Below are positions 51,801 to 64,000 of a DNA stretch of 64,000 nucleotides, piece by piece. The notes beneath the pieces were generated by a model that saw only the letters and a program-made list of their open reading frames with translations, was not told where the DNA came from and ran no database searches. Position 1 is the first letter of the stretch. Each line of letters begins with the position of its first letter. The stretch spans positions 374,001 through 438,000 of the forward strand of contig NC_045697.1 in the NCBI RefSeq assembly GCF_009834535.1, in the 5' to 3' direction. A program made the position numbers and the translations under genes. This DNA comes from Camelus ferus. Taxonomy: Eukaryota.

Positions 51801-53603
51801 GGAGGGCTGGCCCCTGGCTCTCAGCAGTTCACTTGTGTGCTGGGAAACGGTTCTAGTTGGAACCCTTCCTTTCACTTTTGAAAAACACATCCAGCAACTG
51901 TAAATTAATACCCAACTCGACACTATTCATCCATGGAAATTTTATGGCTAAAAACGAGCTTTCTGCCAGATGGTCTCAGCCTTGTCTCTTAGAGACTGCC
52001 AATGCCTACAGAAGGCCCGGCATCCTCCAGAGCCTGGAGGCCCTGTCCTCTCCTCCTGCAAAGTGTCCCCAGTGCCCTTGACGACCTTGGGCAAGGCGGG
52101 CAGCAGCTGGGAAACACTGGGCAGAGTGCTGGCCGCCCACGAGGTCCTGGCGCTCGGGGCCTGCAACGCCCCAGACCCGGGGAGTGAAGATGTTTTCATC
52201 TAAGAGGGGCCAGAAAATTTCCTTATGTTAAAAATGGAAGCCGGAACCTAAGACTGGTTTTGTCCAGGGGAGTGGGCAGCAGGCGGGGGCCAGATGGACA
52301 CAAGGATTCTTGGAAGATGGCCTTCTGGGTAGATCTGACTTTAGAATCACATTAGTATGTCGTGCAATTATAAACAGAACCACACTGCAAGTAACCCTAA
52401 AAAATGGAGAATTTGAGAAGGGGGAGTGTCCACTGGAGAGTCCCTGGTGGGCACCGTGTGCCTGCTTCAAGGTGGCCTCCAGTGCTTCGTAGGGGGCAGT
52501 TTCTCCAACACAGCCAGTGTTTCCCACCGTGGGGGAGACTGCCAATCCCCAGGCCTGTGGTGCTGCCCACCCTGCAGCCCTCGCCTTGTCCTCCAGCCCC
52601 GTCTCACCTCTCCTGGGGTCTTCCTGGGCCTCCTCCCCCAGCCCAGCCCCATGTCAGGACTCTGGGAACCCTCTGGGCCCCTTACGTCTCCCTGTCCCCA
52701 GCTGAGTGCCTCTCTCTGGGCCATCTGCCTGTCCAGCACCCTCTGGCTCCCCAGGGGGTATCCTCAGGGTCTGTTCCCTCCCTGGCTTTCCTGGGTCACG
52801 GGCTTCAGGGTGTGCAAGACTTGCTGGGGTCTCAATCCAACACCCCTGCCCTGCTGAGCCTCCATGCCCTTTCGCAGCCCCGTCCCCGTGGCGCCCATTG
52901 CAGGCACTGAGGATGGTGTGCCTGTGGTGCTGGCCATCAGGCTGCTGATGTGGGTATGAGGACACCACGTGCCTGCAGAGCATGGGCCACTGAGGGCAAC
53001 CACGCCCCCCCGGCCCAGAAGAGCCACGGGAGGAGCTCACGACCCAGCAGGTCGTGATTTTTTTTTTTTACTAAAGTCACAGATGATCTGACCCACCAGG
53101 CCAGACTTCTGAGAGATAGGACACAGCTGGAGGGTGAGTGAGGCCACCCTAGGTCGGTGGCCGAGGACGCGCCTGCGGGGCTGGCGGGAGGGGACACAGC
53201 TCCTACTCGCTCTGTCCCGGAGTCGGAACAAACAGGCATCATCTTGTAATTAAAGGAAAACGAAGAACAAAGTAAAAACCAGGAGAGCAGCTCCAGCACC
53301 CAGTACTGACGTAGCACCCATGACGTGTCGTCCAGAAGGGATTTAAATGACACAAGAGACAGAATGTGGTGACACGCACATCCCAACAGGACACGCTGTA
53401 GCACGCAGGCGTGGTGCTGCGCCCCCAGAGCTGGCGCTCCTGGCGCTCGGCACAGACCGGGTAGGGCAGGCTGTGCCACAGGCAACCGTTTGAGGCCCTG
53501 CTCCGCGGTCCCCATTCGTGCAGGGCGCTCGGGTGCAGCCACGTCGTCCTCGTCTTCAGGGCTTCCTCCAGTCCCTCCTGCTACAGCGGCTGCACGCGCC
53601 GGG

Positions 53604-53623
53604 TGCAGCGCCCTCTGGCGCCC
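53604..53623 (-). promoter_or_regulatory. Candidate CTCF site
   Basis: Minus strand GGGCGCCAGAGGGCGCTGCA resembles the CTCF core; motif only. Confidence 0.4.
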
Positions 53624-54521
53624 AGGACGGAGCAGCGCAGAGTCGAGCTGAGCTGAGGACGCGGTCCCTGTCCCCACAGCGGGCCTGAGGCAAAGATGCT
53701 CTGCCCTCTGGCTCGCTCATGGCAGCAGCGCTGTTGGCAGCAGAGCCGGGACACAGACGTGGACCAGTCCGAACCAGCCTCACCTCATCTCCTGAGCCGC
53801 CACTCGGGACCCAGGATCCCCTCCCCTGGCCGGCCCCTCCAAGAACCCCCGAGGCCCACATGGCGGCGGTGAGTCTCCTGTGCCCCACGTTCACTTTAGC
53901 CTCAGAGATCTTTCCCTCAACACTCAGACTTTCCTTACACATCACCAGCAGGAGTGTTCACACTTCTCAGCACTTGTGGGGCGATTTTACGTGAGACACA
54001 CTCTTGTCCACAGAAGGCCCTGCTCGGACGCCCTCCTGTGTCCCTGCAGGGCATCCGGCTCTGACTCATGACTGCACGCTGGCTGCAAGAAAGGGAAGGC
54101 CCAGGCGGAGAACTGGTGGTCAGCATGGTCACTGGGCTATGGCTGTCAGGACACCCACCACTGTGTCCTCCTAAATCATGGTGGCTGCACTTAATTTCCA
54201 CTTGGCAGACGAGACACCGAGGCCCCAACACTGCCAAGAGTGTCCATCAGGCCCCTGTGGGTGCAGCTCCCACCCCAGCCACCGGGCCAGACGAGAGCAG
54301 CACACGCTGGGGCCCGGACCCTGCAGGGGCCAGGAGCACTGTGACCCGCTCACTCGACCCCGGACGGCCCTCCCCCCTGCTGCTGGGCCTGGGCCCCCGA
54401 CGCCCGACACCCCACTTGTCAGTGTCTGGGCTGAGCCTGGACGTCCGCACGTGCACTGGTGAGGAGTCTGGGCTGGTGTGACGTCGTTTTTGCTACAGGG
54501 CTTGCACCAACATTTGGATAT

Positions 54522-54531
54522 TTTATTTAAT
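54522..54531 (-). terminator. RNF212: Candidate RNF212 polyadenylation signal (overlapping ATTAAA and AATAAA)
   Basis: Plus-strand tttatttaat; ~680 nt beyond the predicted stop at 55208. Confidence 0.5.
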
Positions 54532-55207
54532 TTTGTCTTTCCAATGGAGATAATTGAAATAATTGACATGCTGATGCCAGTGGTCAGCTGACCCCAAGGG
54601 GTAGGTGGATGAGGGTTGACCGACACTCATATGTGAAAAGCAACAAAGAACAGGAAATGCTGAAAACATGAGCATGAGGCGGGGGATGAAGAGTAAGGGT
54701 TTAGAACCGTGGGCCAGGCTGACACCCAGGCCCCAGCCCAGAGCCAGGCTCCGCCTGCAGGGAGCACCGCCTCCCCCGACGCCTGTGGCCGTGTCGTCCG
54801 CTCGAGAGTCCTCTCTGCGGGCATGCTCACCTACCTTCCCACGTCCCACACACAGAAACACCGCACTGTTCAGGGTTTTATAACACGTGGGCATTTCCTG
54901 ACATGGGACGCTGGTCATCTCGCACAGGGCTCCCTCCTGCCCCTGCCCCACACAGAAACGCCAGCCCACGTGGAGGCGCACGGCCTGCCCAGCCTCAGGC
55001 TTCCCAAGTGCAGAAGGGGTGGCACCTGCTTCCTGCCTGTTACACACCTTGGCAGTGGGCCTGACCCAGGTGGGAGGATCCAGAAGTTTCTGGACAAGTT
55101 TCAGGTAACCGCACCATAAAGGACTAAAATTAACCCGATAAGCCTGTTTTCCAGCTGGCGCTGTCCCGACAGTGGGGTGAGGAGGGAGCACACTGCCCGT
55201 GGGGAGG

Positions 55208-55433
55208 TCACCCATGAGCCCACGTCTGGAGACAGACTGCTGCTGAACAGGAGCCAAGTCGCGACCAGACGCAGCCAGCAGGGAGGCCACAGGTGGTGCC
55301 CGTCCCACCCCAGCGCTGGCATCTGAAGGCCGAGATGTTTATCCACTGCGCGAGGGACTTGCCAGCACTGTGACGTGACTGAGGGCACGCGGGGCCTCTC
55401 ACTCCCGCACCTGAACCCTGAGGCCGGCAGACC
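55208..55433 (-). CDS. RNF212: Probable RNF212 terminal coding exon, (R)VCRPQGSG...AQWINISAFRCQRWGG...QTWAHG*
   Basis: ctcctgcag| acceptor in the phase required by the preceding exon; open to TGA at 55208-55210; weak similarity to the recalled mouse RQPISISGLLQRQC; poly(A) signal downstream. Confidence 0.5.
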
Positions 55434-56717
55434 CTGCAGGAGGTGTCCAGAGCATGACCCACGTGGGATTCACTGCGGACACCACCGGTTCCAAACCACC
55501 GAGACGCTCAGAACACGATTCTTAAGAACGTTCCAAGTTCCAGTCTCGTGTCTGCTCTTACCACACAGACATTCTCACACGTGCATTTCAGGGAAAAGCG
55601 TTTACTTTTCAAAGCAGCACTTGCTTAAATGCTGCCTCTGCAGCAGGCCCGCGATGCTGATGGGGGGCCTGGGTGCCACCCCTCTCCCCGCTCCGCTGGC
55701 CGGTGGGGGCGCTGGGCTCCCGGTCCACCCCTCACAGGGGAGCCGCAGCGCTGGGATCCTGTGATGAATTCAGTAACACAGTAACTAAGCCTCAACGGCT
55801 TTCTAGCATTCAAGGCCACGTGCAGACTCAAGACATGTTCCGAGAAGGAGAGACCAGCCACGTGGCGAGCTTGGGGCTGCTGGGCCTGCGGGAGCAGCTG
55901 CACATGTAGCGCACTAGCAGGCCACCTCACAGGAGGCCCTTTCTGGGCTGAGGTGACCGTGCCAGGGCCCCCAAGAAAGGCTGCCCTTTACCAGGCTCAG
56001 AGCCTGCAGTCGGCGGACCCCCCCCCCCCCCCCCCGCTGGACTCCCTCTGTGCTGACGCAGAAAAAGTCTGGTTACAAACAAGAGGGCACCGAGCTGGAG
56101 GTGGGCGGGCCTGGCTCCCTGGGGGTCACAGGGCACTGGGTGGAGGGCCCAGCTCCCTGTGGTGTGGGGTGGGGTGGAGGGCAGCCTGTGGTCAGGTAGG
56201 TGAGTAGGGACGGCATCGTGAACCGAGGGGCAATGGGCATGCAATCTGGAGGCCAGGGCTGGACTGTGCCAGACGGCAAAATGTGGACTTGTCGCTGTGG
56301 GACCTTGGGTGAGGAGGGGTGAGAGGGGAGGGTCTGCCTTTTAGAGAGGCCACCGGACCTTCCATCTTAAGAACGAGCCCTGAGGGGCAGCCAGCGAGCG
56401 CTTGGATGTGCAGCAGAGAAGGCGGCCGCACATCCAGGACAAGCTTGGCCGAGGGAGGTGCCGGCACGCCGCTCGGGCTGGGAGACGCACCCCACTTGCT
56501 TCTGTAAACAGAGCGGTGGGGACATAGCCAGGCCCCCCGGATGCAGGGCCCACAGGGAACTCACCACCCCCGGGCCAGTCTTGGGGTGACCGGCTGTGCA
56601 GCCACACGCAGTGCTCCTGGGTTTTAGCAACAGGGCTCCCACTAAATTACATTCTAGCTTCAAACACACGAAGTAGCCGGCGAGGCGGGTGGCCCCTCAC
56701 GCTCCCACTTCACCCAC

Positions 56718-56787
56718 CTGGGAGCCTGGGGTTCGCTGGAGCGACGTGGCGTCAGGCTGAGGTGCTGAGGGTGGTGGGCCACGCTGC
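56718..56787 (-). CDS. RNF212: RNF212 penultimate exon (70 nt), GSVAHHPQHLSLTPRRSSEPQAP(R)
   Basis: cccggcag| acceptor, CAG|gtgggt donor; in frame with the 63006-63069 exon; PQHLSLTP matches the recalled RNF212 sequence. Confidence 0.8.
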
Positions 56788-58699
56788 CTGCCGGGGTGGA
56801 GGTGTGTGTGAGCACAGGGCTGCTTCCTCCTCACCCCCTTCAGCGTTCCGGCCAAGCACCAGCCCTGGTCCTGCCAAGTCTCAGGACCCACCGCCAGGGC
56901 TCCATCAGGGAGGAGGGGCAGCCCTGGTGTGGACCCTCCCACTGATTTTGGCTCCAGTGACTCTGAGAACCCGGGAGGGAAGCCCTTCAGTTCTGCTGGG
57001 AGGAAGGGGGCAGGACAGCGGGGCTGACACGGGCCCCAGGACGACTTGTGTCCTCTCCACCCAAACCGTGAGATTTTCACACGGCCCCAGTCTCTGTTGA
57101 AACCTTCTGAGCGAATAAGAAGCCTCTTTTAAAGATATAAATGGTCCCTGGTACGTGTCAGTCCCACCAAAGGCAAATGCGGAAAGACTGCCCCTTCCTG
57201 ATACCCAAATTCCTCTGCATCTGACAGGTGAGCTCCGATGGTTCGAGAAAGCCAGGGGAGGACGGGAAGACAGCACTAAGGTCAGGCTCCTGTGTCCTTT
57301 CCTGTTACCCTGCGCATAACCGAAGGATCAGAGAGGGGGAGCACCTTGCCCGAGGCTGCACAGCACTAAGAGGCCAGTAGGGGCCTCATCTCTGCCCCTG
57401 GGCTGTGCAGGCCAGGAGGACTGCCCACTGCAGGTGCCCCCTGGAGGACCACAGCAGCGGGCTGGGGAATAGAACCCCCCTCAGCACTGCGTTAACTGTG
57501 CTGTTTTCTGTGTTTTCCGAGGGTGTGACGTCTAGGGGCCGTGCTAACCCTGGGGAGACTGCCCCTCCCGGGGCTGGCTGACTCCCACAGGCGGCAGAGG
57601 CCAGCAGGTGAGCGGAGCGTGCCCGTGACCCCTCCTCTTGTCTGCCTGCCACACTCTGCCCTGATCAGCCCAGGTGGACATCAGACAAACGAGGCCGTGC
57701 CTATGCCAGGACTGCCAGCCCCAAACCCGGCTGGCCTGCACCCACCGCCCTGCCCATTCCTTCCCCCAAAACCACGGCGGAGGCTCTTGCCTCCGTGGCC
57801 CCCTTGGCCCCTTGGCCTCCTGAGTGGCCCTGCCTCCTGCTTCCAGGGACTGTGATTGTAAAAACTTCCTCCCCTGTGGCACTGTCTCGTCTGTTGGCCT
57901 CATCAGACCTGGTGGCACAGTTCCGGGCGCAGCTGGACATGAGTGACATCAAGGCCCTTCTGTCCTAGAGACGACGTGCCCAGCGCCGCGCTGCTCAGCA
58001 GGGCGGCTTCTTACCCACCCACCGGGCACGGTCCCTTGTGGACACAGCCGTTACAGCACGGACAAGGACACCGAGGGCCAGGAGGTCAGTGACTCACGAG
58101 GTTGTGTGGGCAGTGCTCTGACCCCAGAACAGGGGTCCTTCAGTCCTGCCTGCGGACCCTAGGCCGCGGCAGGCCTCTGTCCTGAGGGTGGTGACTCAGC
58201 GTGCTGCTGGAGGGAGGCGCGATGCCAGGGGCCCGAGGAGGCCATCCTCAGGGCTGGGCTGCAGCCCGACTAGAAGAAGTGACCAGATGAAGCTCCACCA
58301 GCAACAGGACAGTCCGAGTTAGGTTGCTTCTGCTCAGGAAAGCAAGCTGCTCTCTGCTCCTTGGAAAGATTTCCATTTGAAAATCAAAACGGAAAACGTG
58401 TTGACACTTAAAGATGAGTTTCACTGTCAGGAGCATGGGGACACCGGGGGCCGGTGATGTCGTGTGGATGGGACACTGAGTGCCGACGGTGGTGGGGGGC
58501 GCGAGGGGCCGTGGAAGGGTCAGCACGGCTCGCAGGACAGATGGGCCAGGGAGCGAGACGCTGCGCCCATGGCTCCTCCACTCGCCTGCAAATGTTTGTG
58601 GAGAAGGGACCTCCAGCCATGATGGAGCCGAAACCAGGGAACCCTCTAGAGGGCTGAGCCCGGTGGGAAGGGGCCAGGGAGGAGGAGGCACGGCCAGGG

Positions 58700-60180
58700 C
58701 TGCAGCCCCTCATCCCCGAGACGAAGGACAAGGCTGGAGGACTCGCACTTGCCGGCTTCGAGAAGGTCCCCAAAGCCACAGGGAGCAGGGACAGGCGGAC
58801 TTCCAGGCAGCAGGAGAACACTCATGGCACCAGAGGAAGGCGGCTTGCGGCCAACCCCTTGTCAGAAACGCAGGAAGCCAGAGGCGGTGACGTGACTGCA
58901 AGTGCTCATCGCAGCCAAACAAGGGTTCACGTCCAGTGACACACCCTCCAAACGAAGACGAAGGCGTTCAAATGTGCACAAAACTGGGAGATTTCGCCAC
59001 CAGCTGACCTGCGCTACGATAAACCAGGCCTTTGGTTTAACCGGAAGCAGCCGCCAACAGCACCGGCCCCAGGGAGGTGACAAGTGCGGGGGTCTGCGCA
59101 CTTCGGTGCCCTCTGCGAGCTTAGTCTCTTCACAGGAAGCGCTTCCAACACCGCCTGGCTGGGGTCCCAGCATGCGTGATGACACGGGAGTGAAGCTCAC
59201 AAAGTCACTGGCTTCCCCAGAGACCAGGGAGCGCTGGCCGCAGGGGGTGCCGGGCCTGGTCCCCAAGGGGATGGCCGGGGACAGCGCAGCCTGCACACCA
59301 GTGCAGGACCAGTGTCCCAGCTCCGCCCCCGCTGCACTTGGAGCCGGAGTCCAAGGTCAAGGGGCCGGGAGCCCCACAGGTGCGTCTCCTGCATGAGGAT
59401 CAGTCCCATCCGGTCAGCCACCACCCTTACCCCCAGACACCGCCTCCAAGTGCAGTCACAATTTTGTGGGGACACAACTCAATCCACAGCAAATGGTGCA
59501 CTAGAGATACTGAATGCAAAGCGGGCAGTTAAGGAGATTTAGACAAACCAAACATCCCACACTGGACACAAAACACACAGCAAAGTGGGAGACAAACCCA
59601 AACCTACCAACAACTACACTGACTATCGAGGGACCGAACACTCCCATCAAAAGGCAGAGGTTACAAGCAGGATCTGACCACGTACTGTCCACCTGAGGCA
59701 CATGCTGGCTCCAAGGACAGACAGGTGACAGCGAAGGTTGAGAAGAAAGACACCCCGAGCAAACTGTACCTAAGCTGAAACTGAATGAAGAAAAGTCCAC
59801 TTTCAAAGTAATTAACTCCTCAGGTACAAATTTACCAAGAAAATGTAAGACCAGCACCTCGAAAACTACAGGGTTCCTCAGAAACCAAGGTGAACGAGGG
59901 ACCCAGTCGGCAGGCGCGTCACGTCCTCGGACTGAAGGCGCGACTCTCCCCTGGCGCAAGCGCAGGTTCCGTGACACTCCCCCCGGAACCCGAGCAGGGC
60001 TTCAGGCAGAATCCGACAAACGGACCTTCAGATTTTCACAGAGACGCGGAGGCTTAGACCAGCCAAGGTTACTCTGGGAAGTAAGTACAAAGCACCTGAT
60101 TTCAAACCTCACCGTGAAGCACCAGTAACAGTGACGACGTGACACTTACGGCAGAAAGGGTGGGACACACTAACCAACAG
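58700..60180 (+). mobile_element. Decayed L1 fragment (end of ORF1 to start of ORF2; boundaries approximate) in an RNF212 intron
   Basis: tcagaaacgcaggaagccagagg, aaaactgggagatttcgccaccagctgacctgcgctac, aacactcccatcaaaaggcagag resemble sense L1 text. Confidence 0.65.
59280..59491 (-). mobile_element. MaLR (MLT1-like) LTR remnant inside the L1 fragment
   Basis: ggagtccaaggtcaagg...ctccaagtgcagtcaca...attttgtggggacacaactcaatccacagca. Confidence 0.5.
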
Positions 60181-60379
60181 GACCGACCTCGACTGTCAGC
60201 ACCACTCGACTAATTCAGTCCTGCTGGCTGGAGGGATGGAATCCCGACCTAGCACAGCCGTGTTTATAATTTCCCACCGTCTTCTCCTTGATCCCTCGTG
60301 ATATTCCTCCAGACCACGCTGTCCTCAGTCATGCCACCTCCTCTCCAACCCACGCCCGTTGACCTCTGCTCCGCCAGCA

Positions 60380-61860
60380 GACATCCCCACCAGTTCCTGG
60401 TACTGAGGGAAAATGTTCACTATTTCAGCGTCATGACACGGGCTGTGGGCTTTTGGTGGACACCCTTCATCAGACTAGGACATGTCCTTCTATCACGTGT
60501 TTGAGAGGTTCTACCGTCAACGACTAGAATTTTGCCAGATTTTTTTCTTTTCTTCCTTTCTTAATGGAGGTGCTGGGAATTGAACCCAGGACCTTGGGCA
60601 TGCCGAGCACACGCTCTACCACGGAGCTCTACCCTCCCCTCCTCAAGTTCTTTTCCTGGTGAAAAGATTTTTTAGGTCCTTTATTCTACTAATTTAACTG
60701 ATTTTCAGATGTCAAATAACCTTGAATTCTTGAGCTGAGCCCCCTGGTGACAGTGTAAAATCCTCTTTACATGCTGCTACACTGACTGCCTCGTGTGTGT
60801 TACGGGCCCTGCGCCACGCTCACGGGGAATACCGCTCAGCTCTCCCGGAACGCCTGGCTGTGCTGTGGAAACACCGCTGGCCTCACGGACCGAGCCGGGA
60901 AGCGTCTGATCCCACTTCCTGGAAAAGTCTCTGCAGGACTGGTGCTAGTTCTTCGCATTTCATAGTTTGCCCACAAAGACATCGAGAAACAGGCTTTTCT
61001 TCGTGGGAACGTTGAGAAGTTACAACTCAGCTTCTTCACCTGATGGAGCTCCTCCAAGATTAAGTACTTCCTCTGAGGTAGTTCCGACCGTTTCTGTCTT
61101 TTCAGGAATTTGCCCGTTTCACGTAAGCCATCTACTCTGCGGGCGGAGTTGCTCGTAACGTTCCCTACGACCCTGGAGCAGCTGCAGGCTGTGCAGCGAC
61201 GTCCCTCTGTCGCCCGAGTCCCGCCATGTGTCCTCTCTCCTGGGCAGCCCAGGCACTGCAGTCCCGCTGGCTTCCTCTACTGCTTCTGTTTCTCTTCTGC
61301 AGACACCGTCTCGCAGCTTCTCCGGGTGGGAGCTTAGACGACTGTTTCCAGGCCTCCCTCCCAACGTCCGCATGAAAAGCTCCACATCCCCTCCCCGCGT
61401 CACCCCACCAGCACCCTACAAACTTTGACCCGAGGTGTCTGCTTTCATGCAGTTCAAGACGTTTTCTGTTGCTACTTGCGATTTCTCTTTTGGTCCGTAA
61501 GCTGGTCGTAACTGTGCTGTTTCACTTCCAAACATCCATTTTACTCTCATTTTCCTTGTTGCTGGTTTACAATTTTAATCCCACTGTGGTCCCAAACGCA
61601 CTCCGCATGAGACTCCTCTCAGGCGCCCCCAGCACAGGGCCTGCCCTGGAGCGTGCCCACCTGCACGTGGGAGGCCACTCTGCTGCTGGCGGATGTCAGG
61701 CTTGCCGGTGCGCAGCCTCCCGTCTCCTTGCTTGTCTGGTTGTTCCTTCAATCACTGACAGCGGGCTACTGAAGTGTTCAAACTATAAAGCGTTGAATTA
61801 ATTATTTCTCTTTTTAATTGTCAGTTTTGGCCTCAAGTATCTGGGGGCTTTCTTGCCTTG
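60380..61860 (-). mobile_element. Decayed L1 ORF2 fragment, antisense
   Basis: cacccttcatcagactagga, ggaaaagtctctgcaggactggtgctagttcttc, caattttaatcccactgtggtc, gaagtgttcaaactataa resemble antisense L1 ORF2. Confidence 0.7.
60540..60639 (-). mobile_element. Second tRNA-derived Vic-1-like SINE, inside the L1
   Basis: Reverse complement GGGGAGGGTAGAGCTCCGTGGTAGAGCGTGTGCTCGGCATGCCCAAGGTCCTGGGTTCAATTCCCAGCACCTCCATTAAG plus an A-rich tail. Confidence 0.85.
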
Positions 61861-63005
61861 GGCTTCCGACCAATGACGGACATGAAACGCCTGGAATCGT
61901 GAATCACAGAAAGAGGACCTTTCCTGTAGTATGGGCGTCACCCACACCCGAGCATAAGAGGGTCTTGTGAGGCCAGACACTAGGAGGGGGGACAGCATGT
62001 CCCCCAGACCCGGGTCCCAACGTGAAACCCAACTACCTGGAAACTCTAAGGCCACGCACGCGGCAGGGACAGCGGGCACTGAGGGCATCTCGCCCGGCCC
62101 CACGAGGCCCCCGGCAGAGTGAGTACATGCAGGAGGAAGGCCACCTCAGACACTGGGGACAAGCCACAAGGGAGTGGGCAGGACTGAGGACGAGGGTCAG
62201 GAACCCTCACCCATGTGTGGGAGGTGCTCAACCCACCGGCACAAGCCCCTAGTACCGTGAATGTGGGACCTGGTGACGGCACTCAGTGACGGGGGTGGGG
62301 GGGGGAGGACGAAAGGAAAAGGCCCTAGACTGCAGGGGTGGATGGTGGGCAGTGGGACAGGGAGATGAAGACGCAGGCCTGCCCAGGTGAGGAGCCAAGG
62401 CTAGAAGCACAGCACCCACGGTGGGGGAGGGGGCGGGCGGGGGGGGGGCCTGTGGCAGGAGCTCCAGCACAGGAAGTCAGCCCACCCAGGTGTAATGGCG
62501 GGAGGGTGGCACCAACAGGCCATAGACAGACCTGCACAGAAACCTACACAAGAGGAAGTTACCATAACCCCAGCTCCAACAAGAAGGAAGATGAATCCAA
62601 GGAGGGAGATGCAAGCAGCCACTCAGGAAAGCGAACAGAAGAGCTGAGGGCTGAGAACCCCAAATGTGAACATTTCCACGACAACCTGGCCTGGCTGTCT
62701 GGTGAGGGGGGGCGGGAGGTGGGAACAGGGCTTGAGCCGCAGAGCCTGGTGCCTGGGGGGTGGTGGGCAGAGACATCAGGGGAAGGGGCACCCACCAGCC
62801 ACTCTGGCGATTTCCAAACCGGGTGCTGGGATTCCTGCTCACAGGGAGGACTTGGGCTCTGAGGGTGGCGTGCATCGAGCCGTCAGGTAGGGCCCATGTG
62901 GTCCCCACGAACCCAAACCTGGACTTCACTGCAGGAGGCCCCCCACTGGGCTCTGACGCCCTCCAGTGCATGTGGACAGAGGTCAAGTGGCATCACCCCA
63001 CTTAC

Positions 63006-63069
63006 CCATGCGTCCGTCTCGAGGTGGACTGATCACGGAGATCCTTGCGGGGCCGGCCGTGGCCTCGGG
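63006..63069 (-). CDS. RNF212: RNF212 internal exon (64 nt; human exon 9 equivalent), PEATAGPARISVISPPRDGRM(G); upstream exons lie beyond the window
   Basis: ttctctttttcacgccgtag| acceptor, |gtaagt donor; matches RNF212 AGPARISMISPPQDGRMG; expected synteny. Confidence 0.92.
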
Positions 63070-64000
63070 CTACGGCGTGAAAAAGAGAACAGCGTCCCAG
63101 AGCTGTCACTTGTGTGCAAAGTCCCCTCGTCTTCCTGGACACAGCTCGAGTCCCGCCTGCCTGGGAGCCGCTGTCTGGCCCGGACATGGCCGGGAGGGCA
63201 GGACTGCTTTGCTCCCCAGCCCGGAGGGCCCGTGTGGGGAGGGGAGAGGACTCCCCTGGGGCTTTGACGGATCCCAGAAGGAAAAAGCAGTGAGTTCTCG
63301 GCTGACACCAGGAGTTCTGAAACCCTCAGGTCGCCCTGACGCCACGGGGCACCGGGCTCGCTCCTCGCCAAGCCCTCAGCCCGGACCCTTCTCTCCCTGG
63401 GAGTTGGGCCGGGGGGGCCGGGGGGCACAGCTACTGACTGCCTATTCCCACAGCCCATCCTGGCCCGCTCCTGTGGCCCCAGGTGGGCCACTGCCCCACC
63501 CAACCTGTGCCCCTGCTCGGGTCTCAGGCCACCCTCCGAGTCTGTGCCCCCGCACAACGGTGCTGAGCCCCCTTGTCAAGGGGCCTCCCCCCAGCTCCCC
63601 GACTCCTGTTCCAGCACACCCTCTGCCCTGACCCCGGCCCTGCCCGCTGGCAAGACTCCACGCTCGAAGGGACCAGCTTCTTCAGGGCAGATGCCTTGCA
63701 AATGGACTGCAGCCCCCAGCAGGCCAGTGCCCACCCCCCAGATCCCCTCTCTGGAGATAACCAACCACCCCGCCTGCCCCTGGTGTGGCTCCATCGTGGC
63801 CCAGTGCGAGTGGAGCCCGATCTCACAGCCCCTCCAGCTGCTGGTCTGTTCCCCGCTGCTTTCAGAGCCTGCTCGGCACCTCCTGGGCCCCCAGTGCCCC
63901 TCAGCTTCGTGGTCCACCATGACCTCCACCCCTGCCCGTTCTGCCCAGCTGGCCACATGTCCAGTTCAGGCCAGCTCTGACCAGCCGATCCACGCTGAAA

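Noticed and set aside
63900..63960. Minus-strand VEVMVD as a possible further RNF212 exon
   Set aside because: Does not match LESMEVDLSPSP beyond chance and lacks suitable splice sites.

Overview
GC-rich mammalian genomic DNA, probably camelid based on two Vic-1-type tRNA-derived SINEs and no visible Alu or Bov-type SINEs. The gene order is IDUA(+) - FGFRL1(+) - RNF212(-), as at human 4p16.3. The window holds IDUA coding exons 3-14 (intact frame, GC-AG intron 11, C-terminus about 9 aa shorter than human). It holds all of FGFRL1 (CpG-island promoter, non-coding exon 1, six coding exons, 505 aa, 3'UTR) and the last exons of RNF212 on the minus strand. Intergenic and intronic DNA carries decayed L1, L2, MIR and MaLR repeats and short tandem repeats. 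Almost all ORF-track entries are GC-content artefacts. I found no new protein-coding system. The most intriguing unexplained structure is in the FGFRL1 leader: a ~43-nt C4G2/G4C2 inverted repeat that brackets two alternative 5' splice donors and a uORF. There are also several muscle-type enhancer motif clusters. Human and mouse comparisons are from memory and need alignment to confirm.
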